Part shown: in pieces, positions 38,059 to 48,573 of the stretch
Layout: the number at the start of each line of letters is the position of its first letter
Position numbering within the stretch: the stretch's first letter is position 1
From: Chloroflexota bacterium
Lineage (GTDB): Bacteria; Chloroflexota; Dormibacteria; Aeolococcales; Aeolococcaceae
Length of the DNA: 64,000 nucleotides
Reading direction: 5' to 3'
NCBI GenBank assembly: GCA_005880985.1
Contig: VBIQ01000024.1
Coordinates: 6,429-70,428 of the forward strand
Translations under genes and position numbers: made by a program
The notes under the pieces: model-generated
Told to the model about the DNA's origin: nothing
What the model saw: only the letters and a program-made list of their open reading frames with translations
Database searches by the model: none

Positions 38059-40359
38059 TCAGCGCGGCCTTCGAGGTGCCCGCCGCCGCCGGGTCGCCCC
38101 GACGGCGAGCAGGACGAGAACGGTCAGCCCGCCGGCGGTGACCGCGGGGGCGGCCCCGCCGCCACCATCGGCGACGCGGCCGAGCGTCGAGGCGGCGAGG
38201 CGATCCGTCGCGATTCCCTGGGGACCTCCGGCGCTCGCAGCAGAGGCCGGCGCGTGGGAGGCGGGGGTTCGCGTGAGGAGTGGGTGGGACGTTGGCGCCG
38301 CCCCGGCAGGATGGGCGGCGGGGGACACCGTGCCCGGCCACACTGCCTCAGCGACGCTGTCAGTCCCATCGACGACTCGCAGGGTGGCTGCCGGGCTGCT
38401 TCCGGAAGCGAAACGATGGGTCACCACCCGGCCGTCGGCGGCACCTCCGTCGGAGAAGCTCCAGCGCCATGCCAGCGGCACGCCGTCACCGCCGCTTGCC
38501 GCGCCCGCCAGGCGCCACAGACCCGCCCCAAGGTTGGTGGCAGACACCCGCGGCAACAACTGCGGGTACACGTGTACGCGCAGTGTCCAGTCGGGCGCGT
38601 TGCCGGCGGTGTCCTGGGCACGGAGCCGCACCCTGTAATCGCCGGGAGCGTAGGCGTGGGTGAACTGGGTTGCGGACCATGGTGCACCGCTGCCGTCGCG
38701 TACGGCGTGACTGCTGTAGGTGCTGCCATCGCCGAGGTCCCATTGCACCTCACCTTTGATCTGCGGCTGCCCCGGCAGGTTGACCGGCGAGGCGTCGTAG
38801 GGCTGAGAGACGTTGGAGTAGGCGGCCTGCAGGGTGGTGGTGAAGGTGCCGGTGGGCCCGGCGTCGCCGCTGCCCGCCGACGCCAGCGCCTGCAGCCCGG
38901 ACCGGAAGGCCGCCTGCCAGTCGGTGGGCAGCGGGTAGGGGATGCCCGGGGTGGCGCTGAAACCGACGGCGCGCAGCATCAACAGGTCGTTCTGAATGAA
39001 CTGGTCGCCGGCCTGGACGGCGACGTTGTACTGCAGATGGTCGGAGTGGTAGATGGTGGTGAAGGGCGTCACCCAGGCCGGGAACCAATAGCCGAGGTCG
39101 TCCTGGCCCTTGCTGAGACCGACCAGCATGTCGATGCCCTGCGTTGCCCGCAGCACGTTGAGGCGGATCTCGGGGAATGGCTCGCCCGGCATGCTGACCA
39201 GGCCCACCCCACCGATGCGCAGGGCGGTGACGTAGGTGCCGACGGTGTTCCCGATCAAGTAGGGCGGGGTGATCGAGCGGTCGATGGGGTACAGACCCGT
39301 CGACGAGCCGAGCTGCGCCTTCTGCTGGTCGGGCAGAGACCAGAGCAGGACCAGGCCGAGCAGCGCCGCGTTGTCGCCGGGAATGGTCACCAGCGTCTCG
39401 CTGCTGGCGATGGTCGGGTCGGTGACCCAGCGCGCCCGGGTCAGCGCCTCGGTGATCCGGTTCTCCACCACGCCCGCGTACCAGCGCATCTGACCGAGGC
39501 CCCCGACCTGGACGAAGCTCTCCTCGCGTCCCAGCGTGGCCGGCCCGACCACGGCGATACCGCCCAGCTTCGCCTGCAGGTCGTCGCGTACCGGGCCGAA
39601 GTAGTCCGCGCCGAGCTGTTTGATGCCGGCGCCGTTGACGATGTCGGGATGTGCCGGCACGCTCGCGAAGGTGGCCACGGTCGCGCCGCTCTGCGGATCG
39701 AGCGCGCGCAGCACGCTGACCTGGCCGTCCTGCGTCCATCCGGCGTAACTGTCGGTCTGCGCGGTGACGATGTTGTCGAGGTCCGGCGCCCAGATCGACG
39801 ACCACTGCAGGTGTGCCGGGCGGGCCTGGCGAGCCGCCTCGACCAGGGCGCTGACGCTGCGGTCGTGCACCTTCTTGAGATACGTCGGCGGCACCGGCCC
39901 CCAGATGCCCTCCAGCGTTGCCGCCGAGTGGCTGTGGGTGCCCTGGACGATGATGTCGGCGCGGCTCATCGCCGGGCCGCCGCCGAGCTTTGACATCTGC
40001 GCCGAGGCGATGTCGCGAACGCTGGTGATGCCGTAGTCGGGACCCTCCTGGTAGGCGGCGAAGTAAGCCTGGCTGTCGACCACGGCGATGGCGGCGGCGT
40101 GCCTGCCGTTGCTGACATAGAAGGCACGGACCTCGAGCGGTGCGTACTGCTGGGTCACCGGCGGGCTGTAGCCGAAACCACCGGAGTAGAGGGGCACACC
40201 AGGGTCGGGGTCGATGGACGCGACCGCCGCCCCGACCCGGAAGGTCGCCGGCTCGGGCGATGCCGCCGCCGTTCGCTGGGGCCCGACCGCGACGCCGACC
40301 GCGGCCGCCAATCCGAGACTTACGATCGCCGCCGGGACGATCCGCCACCACCGCATCAC
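38059..40359 (-). CDS. secreted neutral/alkaline ceramidase-like hydrolase with PKD domains and C-terminal membrane anchor
   Basis: Signal peptide, GTHSHSA, HP, MPGEPFPE motifs; WDLGDGS and WSFSDG PKD motifs; TM + RRRR tail. Confidence 0.75.
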   Translation of the reverse strand: MMRWWRIVPAAIVSLGLAAAVGVAVGPQRTAAASPEPATFRVGAAVASIDPDPGVPLYSGGFGYSPPVTQQYAPLEVRAFYVSNGRHAAAIAVVDSQAYFAAYQEGPDYGITSVRDIASAQMSKLGGGPAMSRADIIVQGTHSHSAATLEGIWGPVPPTYLKKVHDRSVSALVEAARQARPAHLQWSSIWAPDLDNIVTAQTDSYAGWTQDGQVSVLRALDPQSGATVATFASVPAHPDIVNGAGIKQLGADYFGPVRDDLQAKLGGIAVVGPATLGREESFVQVGGLGQMRWYAGVVENRITEALTRARWVTDPTIASSETLVTIPGDNAALLGLVLLWSLPDQQKAQLGSSTGLYPIDRSITPPYLIGNTVGTYVTALRIGGVGLVSMPGEPFPEIRLNVLRATQGIDMLVGLSKGQDDLGYWFPAWVTPFTTIYHSDHLQYNVAVQAGDQFIQNDLLMLRAVGFSATPGIPYPLPTDWQAAFRSGLQALASAGSGDAGPTGTFTTTLQAAYSNVSQPYDASPVNLPGQPQIKGEVQWDLGDGSTYSSHAVRDGSGAPWSATQFTHAYAPGDYRVRLRAQDTAGNAPDWTLRVHVYPQLLPRVSATNLGAGLWRLAGAASGGDGVPLAWRWSFSDGGAADGRVVTHRFASGSSPAATLRVVDGTDSVAEAVWPGTVSPAAHPAGAAPTSHPLLTRTPASHAPASAASAGGPQGIATDRLAASTLGRVADGGGGAAPAVTAGGLTVLVLLAVGATRRRRAPRRPR

Positions 40360-40544
40360 AGGTTCCCTCGCCGGGTCTCAGCGCCTCGGGCACACACGCG
40401 TGCGTGCACTCGCGCACCGGATAAGACGCCGGCGGACGGCAAAACATGTCGTCGCCCGTGCCCGGGTCGATGGGGAACAGCCGTTTGCCGAAGGGTCCGG
40501 GGCAGCCGCTGGCGGTCCCCTGGCCGCCGTATCGTGGCCGCGCG

Positions 40545-41564
40545 ATGAGCCTTCGCGGCACGCTGTTCGCGGATCTCCCAGAGCGGTCGCGGCAGCTGCT
40601 GCGGGCCTGCCCGCAGCCGGAGTGGATCGCGCCGATGCTCGCCACCCTCACCCAGCGACGCTTCTCCGACCCGGACTGGATCTTCGAGCGCAAGCTCGAC
40701 GGCGAGCGCTGCCTCGCCTTCTGCTCCGGCCGCAGGGTGCGGCTGCTCTCGCGCAACCGGCTGCGGCTCGGAGGCACCTACCCGGAGATCGTCGACGTGC
40801 TCGAGAGCGGCCGCGACCACGACGTGGTCATCGACGGCGAGGTGGTCGCCTTCGAGGACGGCCGGACCAGCTTCTCCCGGCTGCAGAAGCGCATGGGGGT
40901 GACCGATCCCGATGCCGCCCGTCGCAGCGGCGTTGCCATCTTCTACTACGTGTTCGACCTGCTCCACCTCGACGGCTACGAGGTGACGCGCCTGCCCCTG
41001 CGCGACCGCAAGGCGCTGCTGCGGCGGGCGGTCCGCTACCGCGCGCCGGTCCGCTTCACGCTGCACCGCAACCGCGAGGGCGAGGCCTACTTCGCCGACG
41101 CCTGCCGGCGCGGCTGGGAGGGACTGATCGCCAAGCGCGCCGGCTCGTCCTATGCCTCGCGTCGCTCGCCGGACTGGCTGAAGTTCCGCTGCAGCAACCA
41201 GCAGGAGCTGGTGGTCGGCGGCTTCACCGACCCCAGCGGCACGCGCGTCGGGCTGGGCGCGCTGCTGCTGGGCTACTACGAGGACAACCGGCTGGTCTAC
41301 GCGGGGAAGGTCGGAACCGGCTTCGACGTCGCCACCCTGCGCAGCCTGCGGCAGCGTCTCGGCGAGCTCGAGCAGGCGCGCTCACCGTTCGCCGGCAGCC
41401 GAACCATCGGCGAGCGCGGGGTGCACTGGGTGAAGCCTCAGCTGGTCGCCGAGGTCGCGTTCACGGAATGGACCACCGATGGCCTGCTGCGCCATCCTCG
41501 CTACCTCGGCCTTCGCCGCGACAAGCCGGCGCGGGAGGTGGTCCGGGAGCGCACCGGGAGGTGA
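40545..41564 (+). CDS. ligD: NHEJ ATP-dependent DNA ligase (LigD ligase domain)
   Basis: PMLATL, FERKLDGER, DGEVV, EGLIAK, WLKF, YAGKVGTGF, LRHP. Confidence 0.93.
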   Translation: MSLRGTLFADLPERSRQLLRACPQPEWIAPMLATLTQRRFSDPDWIFERKLDGERCLAFCSGRRVRLLSRNRLRLGGTYPEIVDVLESGRDHDVVIDGEVVAFEDGRTSFSRLQKRMGVTDPDAARRSGVAIFYYVFDLLHLDGYEVTRLPLRDRKALLRRAVRYRAPVRFTLHRNREGEAYFADACRRGWEGLIAKRAGSSYASRRSPDWLKFRCSNQQELVVGGFTDPSGTRVGLGALLLGYYEDNRLVYAGKVGTGFDVATLRSLRQRLGELEQARSPFAGSRTIGERGVHWVKPQLVAEVAFTEWTTDGLLRHPRYLGLRRDKPAREVVRERTGR

Positions 41565-42478
41565 GACCGCGCATCGAGGTGTCCCGCCCCGACAAGATGC
41601 TCTTTCCCGACGACCGGATCACCAAGGCCGAGCTGGCCGAGTACTACGCCGCGGTCGCCGAGGTGATGGTGCCGCACACCCGCGGTCACCCGGTGATGAT
41701 GCAGCGGTTCCCCAACGGCATCGACCGCCCCGGCTTCGTGCAGAAGGCGTCGACGCATGCGCCCGCCTGGGTGCACCTCGTCGAGGTGCCGAAGAAGGGC
41801 GGCACCGTCACTCACGTGATGATCGACGATGCGGCGACGCTGGTGTGGCTCGCCGACCAGGCGTGCATCACCCCGCATCTGCTGCTCAGCCGGGCCGACC
41901 GGCTGGACCGGCCCGATCGCCTGATCTTCGACCTCGACCCATGGGGTGACGACCCCGCCGGGGTCCGCACCGCGGCGCTGTGGTTGCGCGACCTGCTCAC
42001 CGATCTCGCGCTGCCGCCGCTGGCGATGGCGACCGGGTCTCGCGGCGTCCACCTGGTCATCGCCCTCGACCGCGCCGCCGGCTTCGACGAGACTCGCCGC
42101 TTCGCCTGGGACGTGGCGGACCTGCTGGCCCGGCGCCATCCCGATGCGCTGACGGTAGAGACGCGTCGCGCCGCCCGTAGAGGCCGCCTCTACCTCGACA
42201 TCCTGCGCAACGGCTACGCGCAGTCGACGGTCGCGCCCTACGCGGTGCGGCCGATCAAGGGGGCGCCGGTGGCGGTGCCGCTGCGGTGGGAGGAGGTCGA
42301 GGACAAGCGGTTCGACCCTCGCCGGCATACCCTGCGCACCACCCCCGAGCGGATCCGGCGCGACGGCGATCCGTGGGCGGGGATGACCCGGCGCGGGCGC
42401 TCGCTGCGCCAGCCGCGACGGCGGCTCGACGCCATGCGCGGCAGCGAGGGAGGCGTCAGCGCTTCGCCAGGCGCCTGA
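41561..42478 (+). CDS. NHEJ LigD primase-polymerase domain protein
   Basis: GTGA overlap; PDKMLFP..ITKAELAEYY, RFPNGI, PDRLIFDLDP, TGSRGVH, VAPYAVR. Confidence 0.92.
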   Translation: MRPRIEVSRPDKMLFPDDRITKAELAEYYAAVAEVMVPHTRGHPVMMQRFPNGIDRPGFVQKASTHAPAWVHLVEVPKKGGTVTHVMIDDAATLVWLADQACITPHLLLSRADRLDRPDRLIFDLDPWGDDPAGVRTAALWLRDLLTDLALPPLAMATGSRGVHLVIALDRAAGFDETRRFAWDVADLLARRHPDALTVETRRAARRGRLYLDILRNGYAQSTVAPYAVRPIKGAPVAVPLRWEEVEDKRFDPRRHTLRTTPERIRRDGDPWAGMTRRGRSLRQPRRRLDAMRGSEGGVSASPGA

Positions 42479-43688
42479 CGCGGGAGGGAACGTGCGGCCG
42501 TGTCCGGCGACCGCGGCGATCGCTGTCGCCCGCCGTCGCCTCGCGCACGCGGGCGATGAGCACCACCCCGCGCACTCCCTTGAGGTGTCGCGGCAGAGGG
42601 CGCGACCAGGAGAACCGCCCCTTGGTCGCAGCGCGAAGCTCGGCGGTGCCGACCACCGTCCCCGGCCTGGCGACGGCGGTGATCCTGCTCGCCAGGTTGA
42701 CGACATGGCCGTACCAGTCGCCGCTGACGGGCACCGCCGGGCCGTGGGCGACGCCGGCGCGCAGCTGCGGAAAGTGCTCGCCCTCGGCGTCGACCGCAGC
42801 CACCAGGTTCAGCACATCCTCGACCAGCCGGCAGGCGTCGGGAGACACGAGCATCACCGCGTCGCCGACGTACTTGACGACCGTCACCGGCGGTGACACG
42901 ACGTCGCTGGCGAGCTCCCCGAGGCGCACGGCGACGCGACCGACCTCGTCGGCCTCGACCCGGGTGCCCATGCGGGTGAATCCGACGAGGTCGGCGAAGG
43001 CGACGGCGACGTCGCGCGACGCTTGGATCTGCCCGCTGACGCGCTCCTCCCGGCCGATGGTCTCCTGGCGGAGGGCCTCGCGGATGTGCAGGCGCAGCTG
43101 GTAGTCGACCAGTGGACCGATCAGTGGCATCAGCTCGTCGGCGGCCTGGGCATAGCGGGTCCCGAGCTCGTACTCGGTGTCACCGGGCTGGAGGTAGGTC
43201 TCGCCGGCGATTCGCAGGATCGCGCGCGCCGTGCTCGCCGCTCCCTGACCGGCGACGCGGGCGACCTCGAGCACGGACTCGAAGGGGATGCCGGCGTCGA
43301 GCAGGCGGCGGAGCCGGCGGGCGGCGGCCACGTCCCACGCGGTCAGCTCCTCGGGAGCCTGCGTCCCCGAGGCGCGCACGTAGGCGGCGAGCTCGTCCCG
43401 CCCGACACCGCTGTTCTTCTCGAGCGCCTCGTCCCCGTAGCGTCGCCTCCCGGCGAGGGCGATCTCGGCGGGAATGAGCGCGAGGCGGTCCTCGTCGACC
43501 GCCCGCTGCAGATCGGCTCGCGAGACGCCGGCCTGCATCAGCTCGCGCAGCAGCCGTCGCCGGGCGCGGCGCTCGGCCTCGCTGCGGGTGCCGCGGAGCA
43601 GGGGATCGCCGGCGGCGAGGCGGACCTGGCCGTCGGGGTGCCCACCGGTCCGACGCGTGGTCGCCGGCGGCTTGGAGGTACCGCTCAT
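42456..43688 (-). CDS. class III adenylate/guanylate cyclase with N-terminal regulatory domain
   Basis: VAFADLVGFT, VKYVGDAVM, RAGVAHG, GDWYGHVVNLASR, LKGV. Confidence 0.92.
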   Translation of the reverse strand: MSGTSKPPATTRRTGGHPDGQVRLAAGDPLLRGTRSEAERRARRRLLRELMQAGVSRADLQRAVDEDRLALIPAEIALAGRRRYGDEALEKNSGVGRDELAAYVRASGTQAPEELTAWDVAAARRLRRLLDAGIPFESVLEVARVAGQGAASTARAILRIAGETYLQPGDTEYELGTRYAQAADELMPLIGPLVDYQLRLHIREALRQETIGREERVSGQIQASRDVAVAFADLVGFTRMGTRVEADEVGRVAVRLGELASDVVSPPVTVVKYVGDAVMLVSPDACRLVEDVLNLVAAVDAEGEHFPQLRAGVAHGPAVPVSGDWYGHVVNLASRITAVARPGTVVGTAELRAATKGRFSWSRPLPRHLKGVRGVVLIARVREATAGDSDRRGRRTRPHVPSRVRRLAKR

Positions 43689-43749
43689 CGCTTAGAGTGT
43701 GCCGCCAAGGTGGTCACCGGCTCTTGCCGGTGGATGAGGGAGGACAACC

Positions 43750-44349
43750 ATGGAAACCAGGACCGACATCGGAGCCGCCTACGTGCGTGCGATCGAGCAG
43801 GCGACGAGGGTGGTGCAGGGCATCCGCCCCGATCAGCTCGAATCGGCCACCCCGTGTCGCGAGTGGAACACCCGCCAGCTGCTCACCCATCTGGTCGGTT
43901 CCAACCTGATGATGGCGGCGGCGGGCGCTGGCAAGCCCGTGCCCACGGGGATGAGCGGGACCGAGCACATCGCCCAGATGGGCGACGCGCTCGGCGACGA
44001 TCCGGTGGGCGCGTACCGGTCGGCCAGCTCGGAAGCGCTCGCTGCGTTCACCGCGCCGGGTGCGCTCGATCGGACCTGGAAGCTTCCCTTCGCCGAGGTC
44101 CCGGGCGCGGTGGCCCTCAACATCCACGTGATGGAAACCGTCGCCCACACCTGGGACCTCGCAAAGTGCACGGGACAGCTCGACAAGCTCGACCCGGCGC
44201 TTGCCGAGACGAGTACCGCGCTGGCCCAGGGCATCGTGCAGCCTCAGTTCCGCAACGACAAGGGCGACCCGTTCGCTGCCGAGGTCGCCGCGCCCGCCGG
44301 CGCCGCAGCCTATGACCGATTCGCCGCGTTCCTGGGCCGCACTCCCTGA
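43750..44349 (+). CDS. TIGR03086-type metal-binding protein (DinB/MDMPI superfamily)
   Basis: ATPCREWNTRQLLTH, ETVAHTWDLA, FLGRTP; GGAGG RBS. Confidence 0.88.
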   Translation: METRTDIGAAYVRAIEQATRVVQGIRPDQLESATPCREWNTRQLLTHLVGSNLMMAAAGAGKPVPTGMSGTEHIAQMGDALGDDPVGAYRSASSEALAAFTAPGALDRTWKLPFAEVPGAVALNIHVMETVAHTWDLAKCTGQLDKLDPALAETSTALAQGIVQPQFRNDKGDPFAAEVAAPAGAAAYDRFAAFLGRTP

Positions 44350-44401
44350 CGGCGACATCGGTCTAGCGGCGCGCGTCGACCCCACCCGATCGGCCCGGGC
44401 C

Positions 44402-45931
44402 TCACCCCGAGAACGCCTGGACAGACCCGCTCGAGCCGAAGCTCGTGCCTGTCTCGACGAAGACGAGGCCGCCGGCGATGCTCACACCGCCGAAGCTGGG
44501 GCCGGCGATGGGAGTGGCGCCGAGGGGGACCCCCGCCGTGGACCACGTCTGCAACATCCCTGAGGAACTGACCGCATAGACCACGCCGTTCGACATCGAC
44601 GTTGCTCCCCACTTGAGCGGCTCGGGGCTCGGCTCCAACCAGGAAACGCTGCCGTCGGTGCCCAACGACCACAACTCGCCCGGTTCGCTGGCCGGCCCGA
44701 CGATGTGCGAGCCGGCGACCGCGGTGGATCCCAGGATGCCGCCGAGGCCCGACCCCGGGGCCACCCGCGTGCTCCACACCGGTTGCAGGGTGTCGCGCCG
44801 CAGCGTCCAGTAGACGCCGGACTTCTGACCCTCGCCAACGACCGGGGTGCCGTCCGCCAGGCGGAAGAGGTTGGGCGACGCTCCGAAGTCGGCGTCCGGA
44901 CCGGTGGGACGGGTGGTCTCCGTCCACACGTCGTTGGGCGTGGCCTGAAAGGAGCGGAGGATCCCCCCGCTGCCGAAGTCGATGGCGAGGATGGAGTCGG
45001 TGTGCGGGTCGGCCGGCGGCGAGTAGGCGTTGCCCGTTCCCTCGTAGACGACGGCGGTCTGAGGATCGACTGCCGCGGTCGACCAGACGCCGCCGCCGGT
45101 CAGACCCGGGGCCACGGTCATCGTCTGCCACCGGATCTTGCCGTGGGCGCCGTCGAGCCGAAGCACGGAGCCACGCGCCGTCGGCTGTGACTGCATGGTC
45201 TCGGCGAAGAGGGCGGAGGTGCCGATGACCACATCGCCCTGGAACACCTGCGGCGACGCATACACGTCGCTGCCCGATTGGGTGGTCAGCACGGTGCGCC
45301 AGAGCACCCTGCCAGTTCCCGCGTCGAGCGCGACCACCGACGGAGAGCCCACCCGCGCGACAGCGACGTACACCCGCCCGCTCGCGTATGCGGCCGACCC
45401 GTTGACGGGACCATCGAGGGCGGTCGTCCACAGCGGCTTGCCGGTCGCTTCGTCGAGCGCCACCGCGAATCCGCCGCCGCTGGCGGCGAAGACGCGGCCG
45501 GCGGCGATCACGGGCGTGCCGCTGAAATCGCCGGAGGTGGAGTCGAAGCGCCAGGCCTGGTGCAGCAGCGCGCCGGCCGCCGGACCGCCCGCCGCCGTGC
45601 GCGTGTTGGCGCCGTCGGCTCCGTAGACGGGCCAGGTGGACGCCGTGGAGGCCGCTGTCATGGGAGTGGTCAGCGCCGGCGCGCCGGCGGCGACCGTACC
45701 GGCCGCCGGCGTGGCGGCGAAGCCCGAGGCCGGCAGCTCGCCGGCCGCCGGGCCGCCCGGCGTCGGCCGGGAGTTGGCACCGGCTCGCAGGATGGGCCAT
45801 GGGGACACCATGGATGCCCCGGTGAGGGGCCTCGTCAGCGCCGGCGCGCCGACGGCGACCGTAGCGGCCGCCAGCAGTGAGCCGGTGGCCGCGATCGATG
45901 CAACCAGCGCGCCAGATGTTCGGGCACTCAT
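44402..45931 (-). CDS. secreted PQQ-like beta-propeller protein (PVA dehydrogenase-like)
   Basis: Signal peptide, ALDxxTGxxLW blades, GGGVWS, GTGNAY, DADFGASP, GQKSG. Confidence 0.85.
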   Translation of the reverse strand: MSARTSGALVASIAATGSLLAAATVAVGAPALTRPLTGASMVSPWPILRAGANSRPTPGGPAAGELPASGFAATPAAGTVAAGAPALTTPMTAASTASTWPVYGADGANTRTAAGGPAAGALLHQAWRFDSTSGDFSGTPVIAAGRVFAASGGGFAVALDEATGKPLWTTALDGPVNGSAAYASGRVYVAVARVGSPSVVALDAGTGRVLWRTVLTTQSGSDVYASPQVFQGDVVIGTSALFAETMQSQPTARGSVLRLDGAHGKIRWQTMTVAPGLTGGGVWSTAAVDPQTAVVYEGTGNAYSPPADPHTDSILAIDFGSGGILRSFQATPNDVWTETTRPTGPDADFGASPNLFRLADGTPVVGEGQKSGVYWTLRRDTLQPVWSTRVAPGSGLGGILGSTAVAGSHIVGPASEPGELWSLGTDGSVSWLEPSPEPLKWGATSMSNGVVYAVSSSGMLQTWSTAGVPLGATPIAGPSFGGVSIAGGLVFVETGTSFGSSGSVQAFSG

Positions 45932-46065
45932 GGCTCACTCCCTTCCCGGCAGGAGACAACCCGCCGCCTTCCTGCTCGTACCGCTGGGGGTTACAACGCG
46001 ATTTCAGCGAAAGACCGGCGGCAGCCTGGACCGCACGCGGTTGGTACGGCGGCCGGGGCGGGCGG

Positions 46066-48573
46066 CTAGCCGGCCAGCGAGATCACCGGCGCGCCCGCCG
46101 GCGGCAGCAGGATCCGCTCCAAGAACTCCTCGGCGGGGATGGCGCGGCTGAACAGGAATCCCTGACCACCACGGCACCCGGCGTCGCGCATGATGTCAGC
46201 CTGATCTGGTCGTTCGATCCCCTCAGCCACGGTGTCGAGACGGAGGCTGGACGCCAGGCCGACGATGGTGGCGGCGAGCGCGCGGTCGTCATCGCTGCGG
46301 GCCAGCCGGTCCACGAATGGCTTGGCGATCTTCAGGCTGTCGATGGGGAGATCGCGCAGGATGCTGAGTGAGGAGTAGCCGGTGCCGAAGTCGTCCACCG
46401 CGATCTTGACGCCGAGGCCGCGAAGCCGGCGCAGGGCGTCAAGGGCGAGCTGGTCGTCGACCATCACCCTCTCGGTGACCTCGAGAGTGACATAGCAGGC
46501 GTTGATCCCGTGGCGGGCGAAGGTGCTGGCGACCTCGTCGACGAGACCGGGGTGCTGCAGCTGGCGGCCCGACAGGTTGACGCTCAGCTGCATGCGGGGA
46601 TCCGTCCGCTGCCAGACCGCCAGTTGACGGCAGGCCTGCTCGAGCACGATCCGCCCCAGGGGGACGATCAGGCCGGTCTCCTCGGCGAGGGGGATGAACT
46701 CATCCGGACTGATCGATCCGCGGTCGGGATGGCTCCATCGCACCAGCGCCTCGGCGGCGGTGATCCGGCCGGTGTCGAGGTCGATGATCGGCTGGTAATG
46801 AACCTGGAACGCCTCATCGCTCACCGCGCGTTCGAGGTCGACGCGCAACTGGTGGCGCGCCATCACCTCCACCTGCATGACCGGCTGGAACACCACGCAT
46901 CGGTTCTTGCCCTGCGCCTTGGCCCGGTACATCGCCAGGTCGGCGCTGCTGAGAAGGTCGTCGACGGTCACGATGGAGGGGTTGTCGCCGACGATGCCGA
47001 TGCTGCCGCGAATCGTCACGTCGCAGCCCGAGAGATGGAAGGGAGCGCGCAGCGCGTCGAGGATGCGTTCGGCGACGGCGACGGCGCCGTCGGTGTCGGA
47101 GGACGAGGCCAGCATGACCGCGAACTCGTCGCCCCCGAGGCGCGCTGCCAGGTCAGCGGGCCGCAGGCAGCTGGTGAGCCGCTCGGCGATGCCGATCAGC
47201 AGCTGGTCGCCGGCCGGGTGGCCGAGAGTGTCGTTGACGGTCTTGAAGTCGTCGACGTCGAGGAGCAGCACGGTGCAGGTGCGCTGCCGGCCGCTGTCGA
47301 GCGCCGCCTGCATGCGCTCTGCCAGCAGGGCGCGGTTGGCGAGCCCGGTCAGCGGGTCGTGGGAGGCGCGATATTCGAGCTCCGCCTCCAGCCGGCCGTT
47401 GTCGAGCGACACGCTCGCCGGCCCGGCGAACGCCTCCAGGAGCTCGAGGTCGTCGCGCCCGAAGGCGCTCACCGCGTCGCGGCGGTTGGCGACGATGAGT
47501 GCGCCGGCGGTGCCGTGCTCGCCGGTGAGGGAGATGGCCATGCCGTTGCGGCAGCCGCGGGCGGCGAGCAGGCCGGCGTGATCGGCGGGATCCAGCAGCA
47601 CCGGGGTGCGAGCGGTCGCGAGGGCGACGGCCGGATCGGAGGACGCGACGGTCTCGGTGACCAGCCCGGCGCTCTCGACGGGGCCGAGGACACAGCGTCG
47701 CACGTCGCCCTGCTTGGTGGGAAGCAGCACCACCTCGGCGACCTCGGCGTTGAACATCTCGCGCGCCTGGGAAAGCAGGGTGGTGATCGACGCGTCGCCG
47801 CCGTGGCTGCGATGCAGGGCTCCGCTGGTGTCATAGAGGCGGCGGACCTGGGCGTGCCGGTGGCGCTCGAAGAGGTAGCCGCGATAGGCGATCGCCAGGG
47901 CGGCGACCGGGATCACCAGCAGCGCCGCCGCCTGGGCATCGTGGCCGACGACGTGCACACCGGTGAGTCCGAGCAGGGTGTTGAGAACCGACGCGGGGAC
48001 GACGAACCGCAGGATCCCGGCGACCTCGCGACCGCGCCGGGCATCGGTCGACACCGCCACGATCAACGCGGTGAGAAGCTGTCCGACCGTCGACGCGCTG
48101 ACGGCGGCGGCGAGGATCGCCAACCACCCGATGGTCGAGGCGACGGCGTGCCCTGCCAGCAGCGAGTTGAGGACGAACATGGCTACATCCGCCTCGATGG
48201 CGAACACCGCCAGGTTGAAGACGATCTTCAGCGGCTGCTGCCGGCGGTAGAGGGTGAGAGAGACGGCGGTGCCGATCAGGCCGCCGGCCAGCAGTGCGCT
48301 CGGTGACGAGCCGGCCAGTCCGAGCACCAGCGGCACCTCGCTCAGGGTGAAGGTGAACGCCTGGTTGCGAACCGTGACGTGGACACCGGCGACGGTGGCC
48401 AGGAAATAGGCGATGCCGAGCCCCCACCAGGGCAGGGCGATGTCCCCTGCGAGCGAGCGGTGGAGGCTCAGCAGCCAGACCGTCAGCAGTGCCGCTCCGG
48501 TGACCAGGAGGGCGGTGAGAATCCGCGGCCCGCGGCCGGCGGTCGTCCTCCCGTGCCGGAGCGGCAGGACCAC
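46066..48573 (-). CDS. membrane sensor-GAF-GGDEF-EAL c-di-GMP enzyme
   Basis: Multi-TM N-terminus, HDPLTGLANR, RLGGDEF, AEAL, VDDFGTGYSSL. Confidence 0.93.
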   Translation of the reverse strand: MVLPLRHGRTTAGRGPRILTALLVTGAALLTVWLLSLHRSLAGDIALPWWGLGIAYFLATVAGVHVTVRNQAFTFTLSEVPLVLGLAGSSPSALLAGGLIGTAVSLTLYRRQQPLKIVFNLAVFAIEADVAMFVLNSLLAGHAVASTIGWLAILAAAVSASTVGQLLTALIVAVSTDARRGREVAGILRFVVPASVLNTLLGLTGVHVVGHDAQAAALLVIPVAALAIAYRGYLFERHRHAQVRRLYDTSGALHRSHGGDASITTLLSQAREMFNAEVAEVVLLPTKQGDVRRCVLGPVESAGLVTETVASSDPAVALATARTPVLLDPADHAGLLAARGCRNGMAISLTGEHGTAGALIVANRRDAVSAFGRDDLELLEAFAGPASVSLDNGRLEAELEYRASHDPLTGLANRALLAERMQAALDSGRQRTCTVLLLDVDDFKTVNDTLGHPAGDQLLIGIAERLTSCLRPADLAARLGGDEFAVMLASSSDTDGAVAVAERILDALRAPFHLSGCDVTIRGSIGIVGDNPSIVTVDDLLSSADLAMYRAKAQGKNRCVVFQPVMQVEVMARHQLRVDLERAVSDEAFQVHYQPIIDLDTGRITAAEALVRWSHPDRGSISPDEFIPLAEETGLIVPLGRIVLEQACRQLAVWQRTDPRMQLSVNLSGRQLQHPGLVDEVASTFARHGINACYVTLEVTERVMVDDQLALDALRRLRGLGVKIAVDDFGTGYSSLSILRDLPIDSLKIAKPFVDRLARSDDDRALAATIVGLASSLRLDTVAEGIERPDQADIMRDAGCRGGQGFLFSRAIPAEEFLERILLPPAGAPVISLAG

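Noticed and set aside
40214-41560. Single fused 754-aa LigD from ORF 40214..42478
   Set aside because: The upstream portion is an off-frame shadow of the ligase gene; the polymerase begins at the GTGA overlap at 41561
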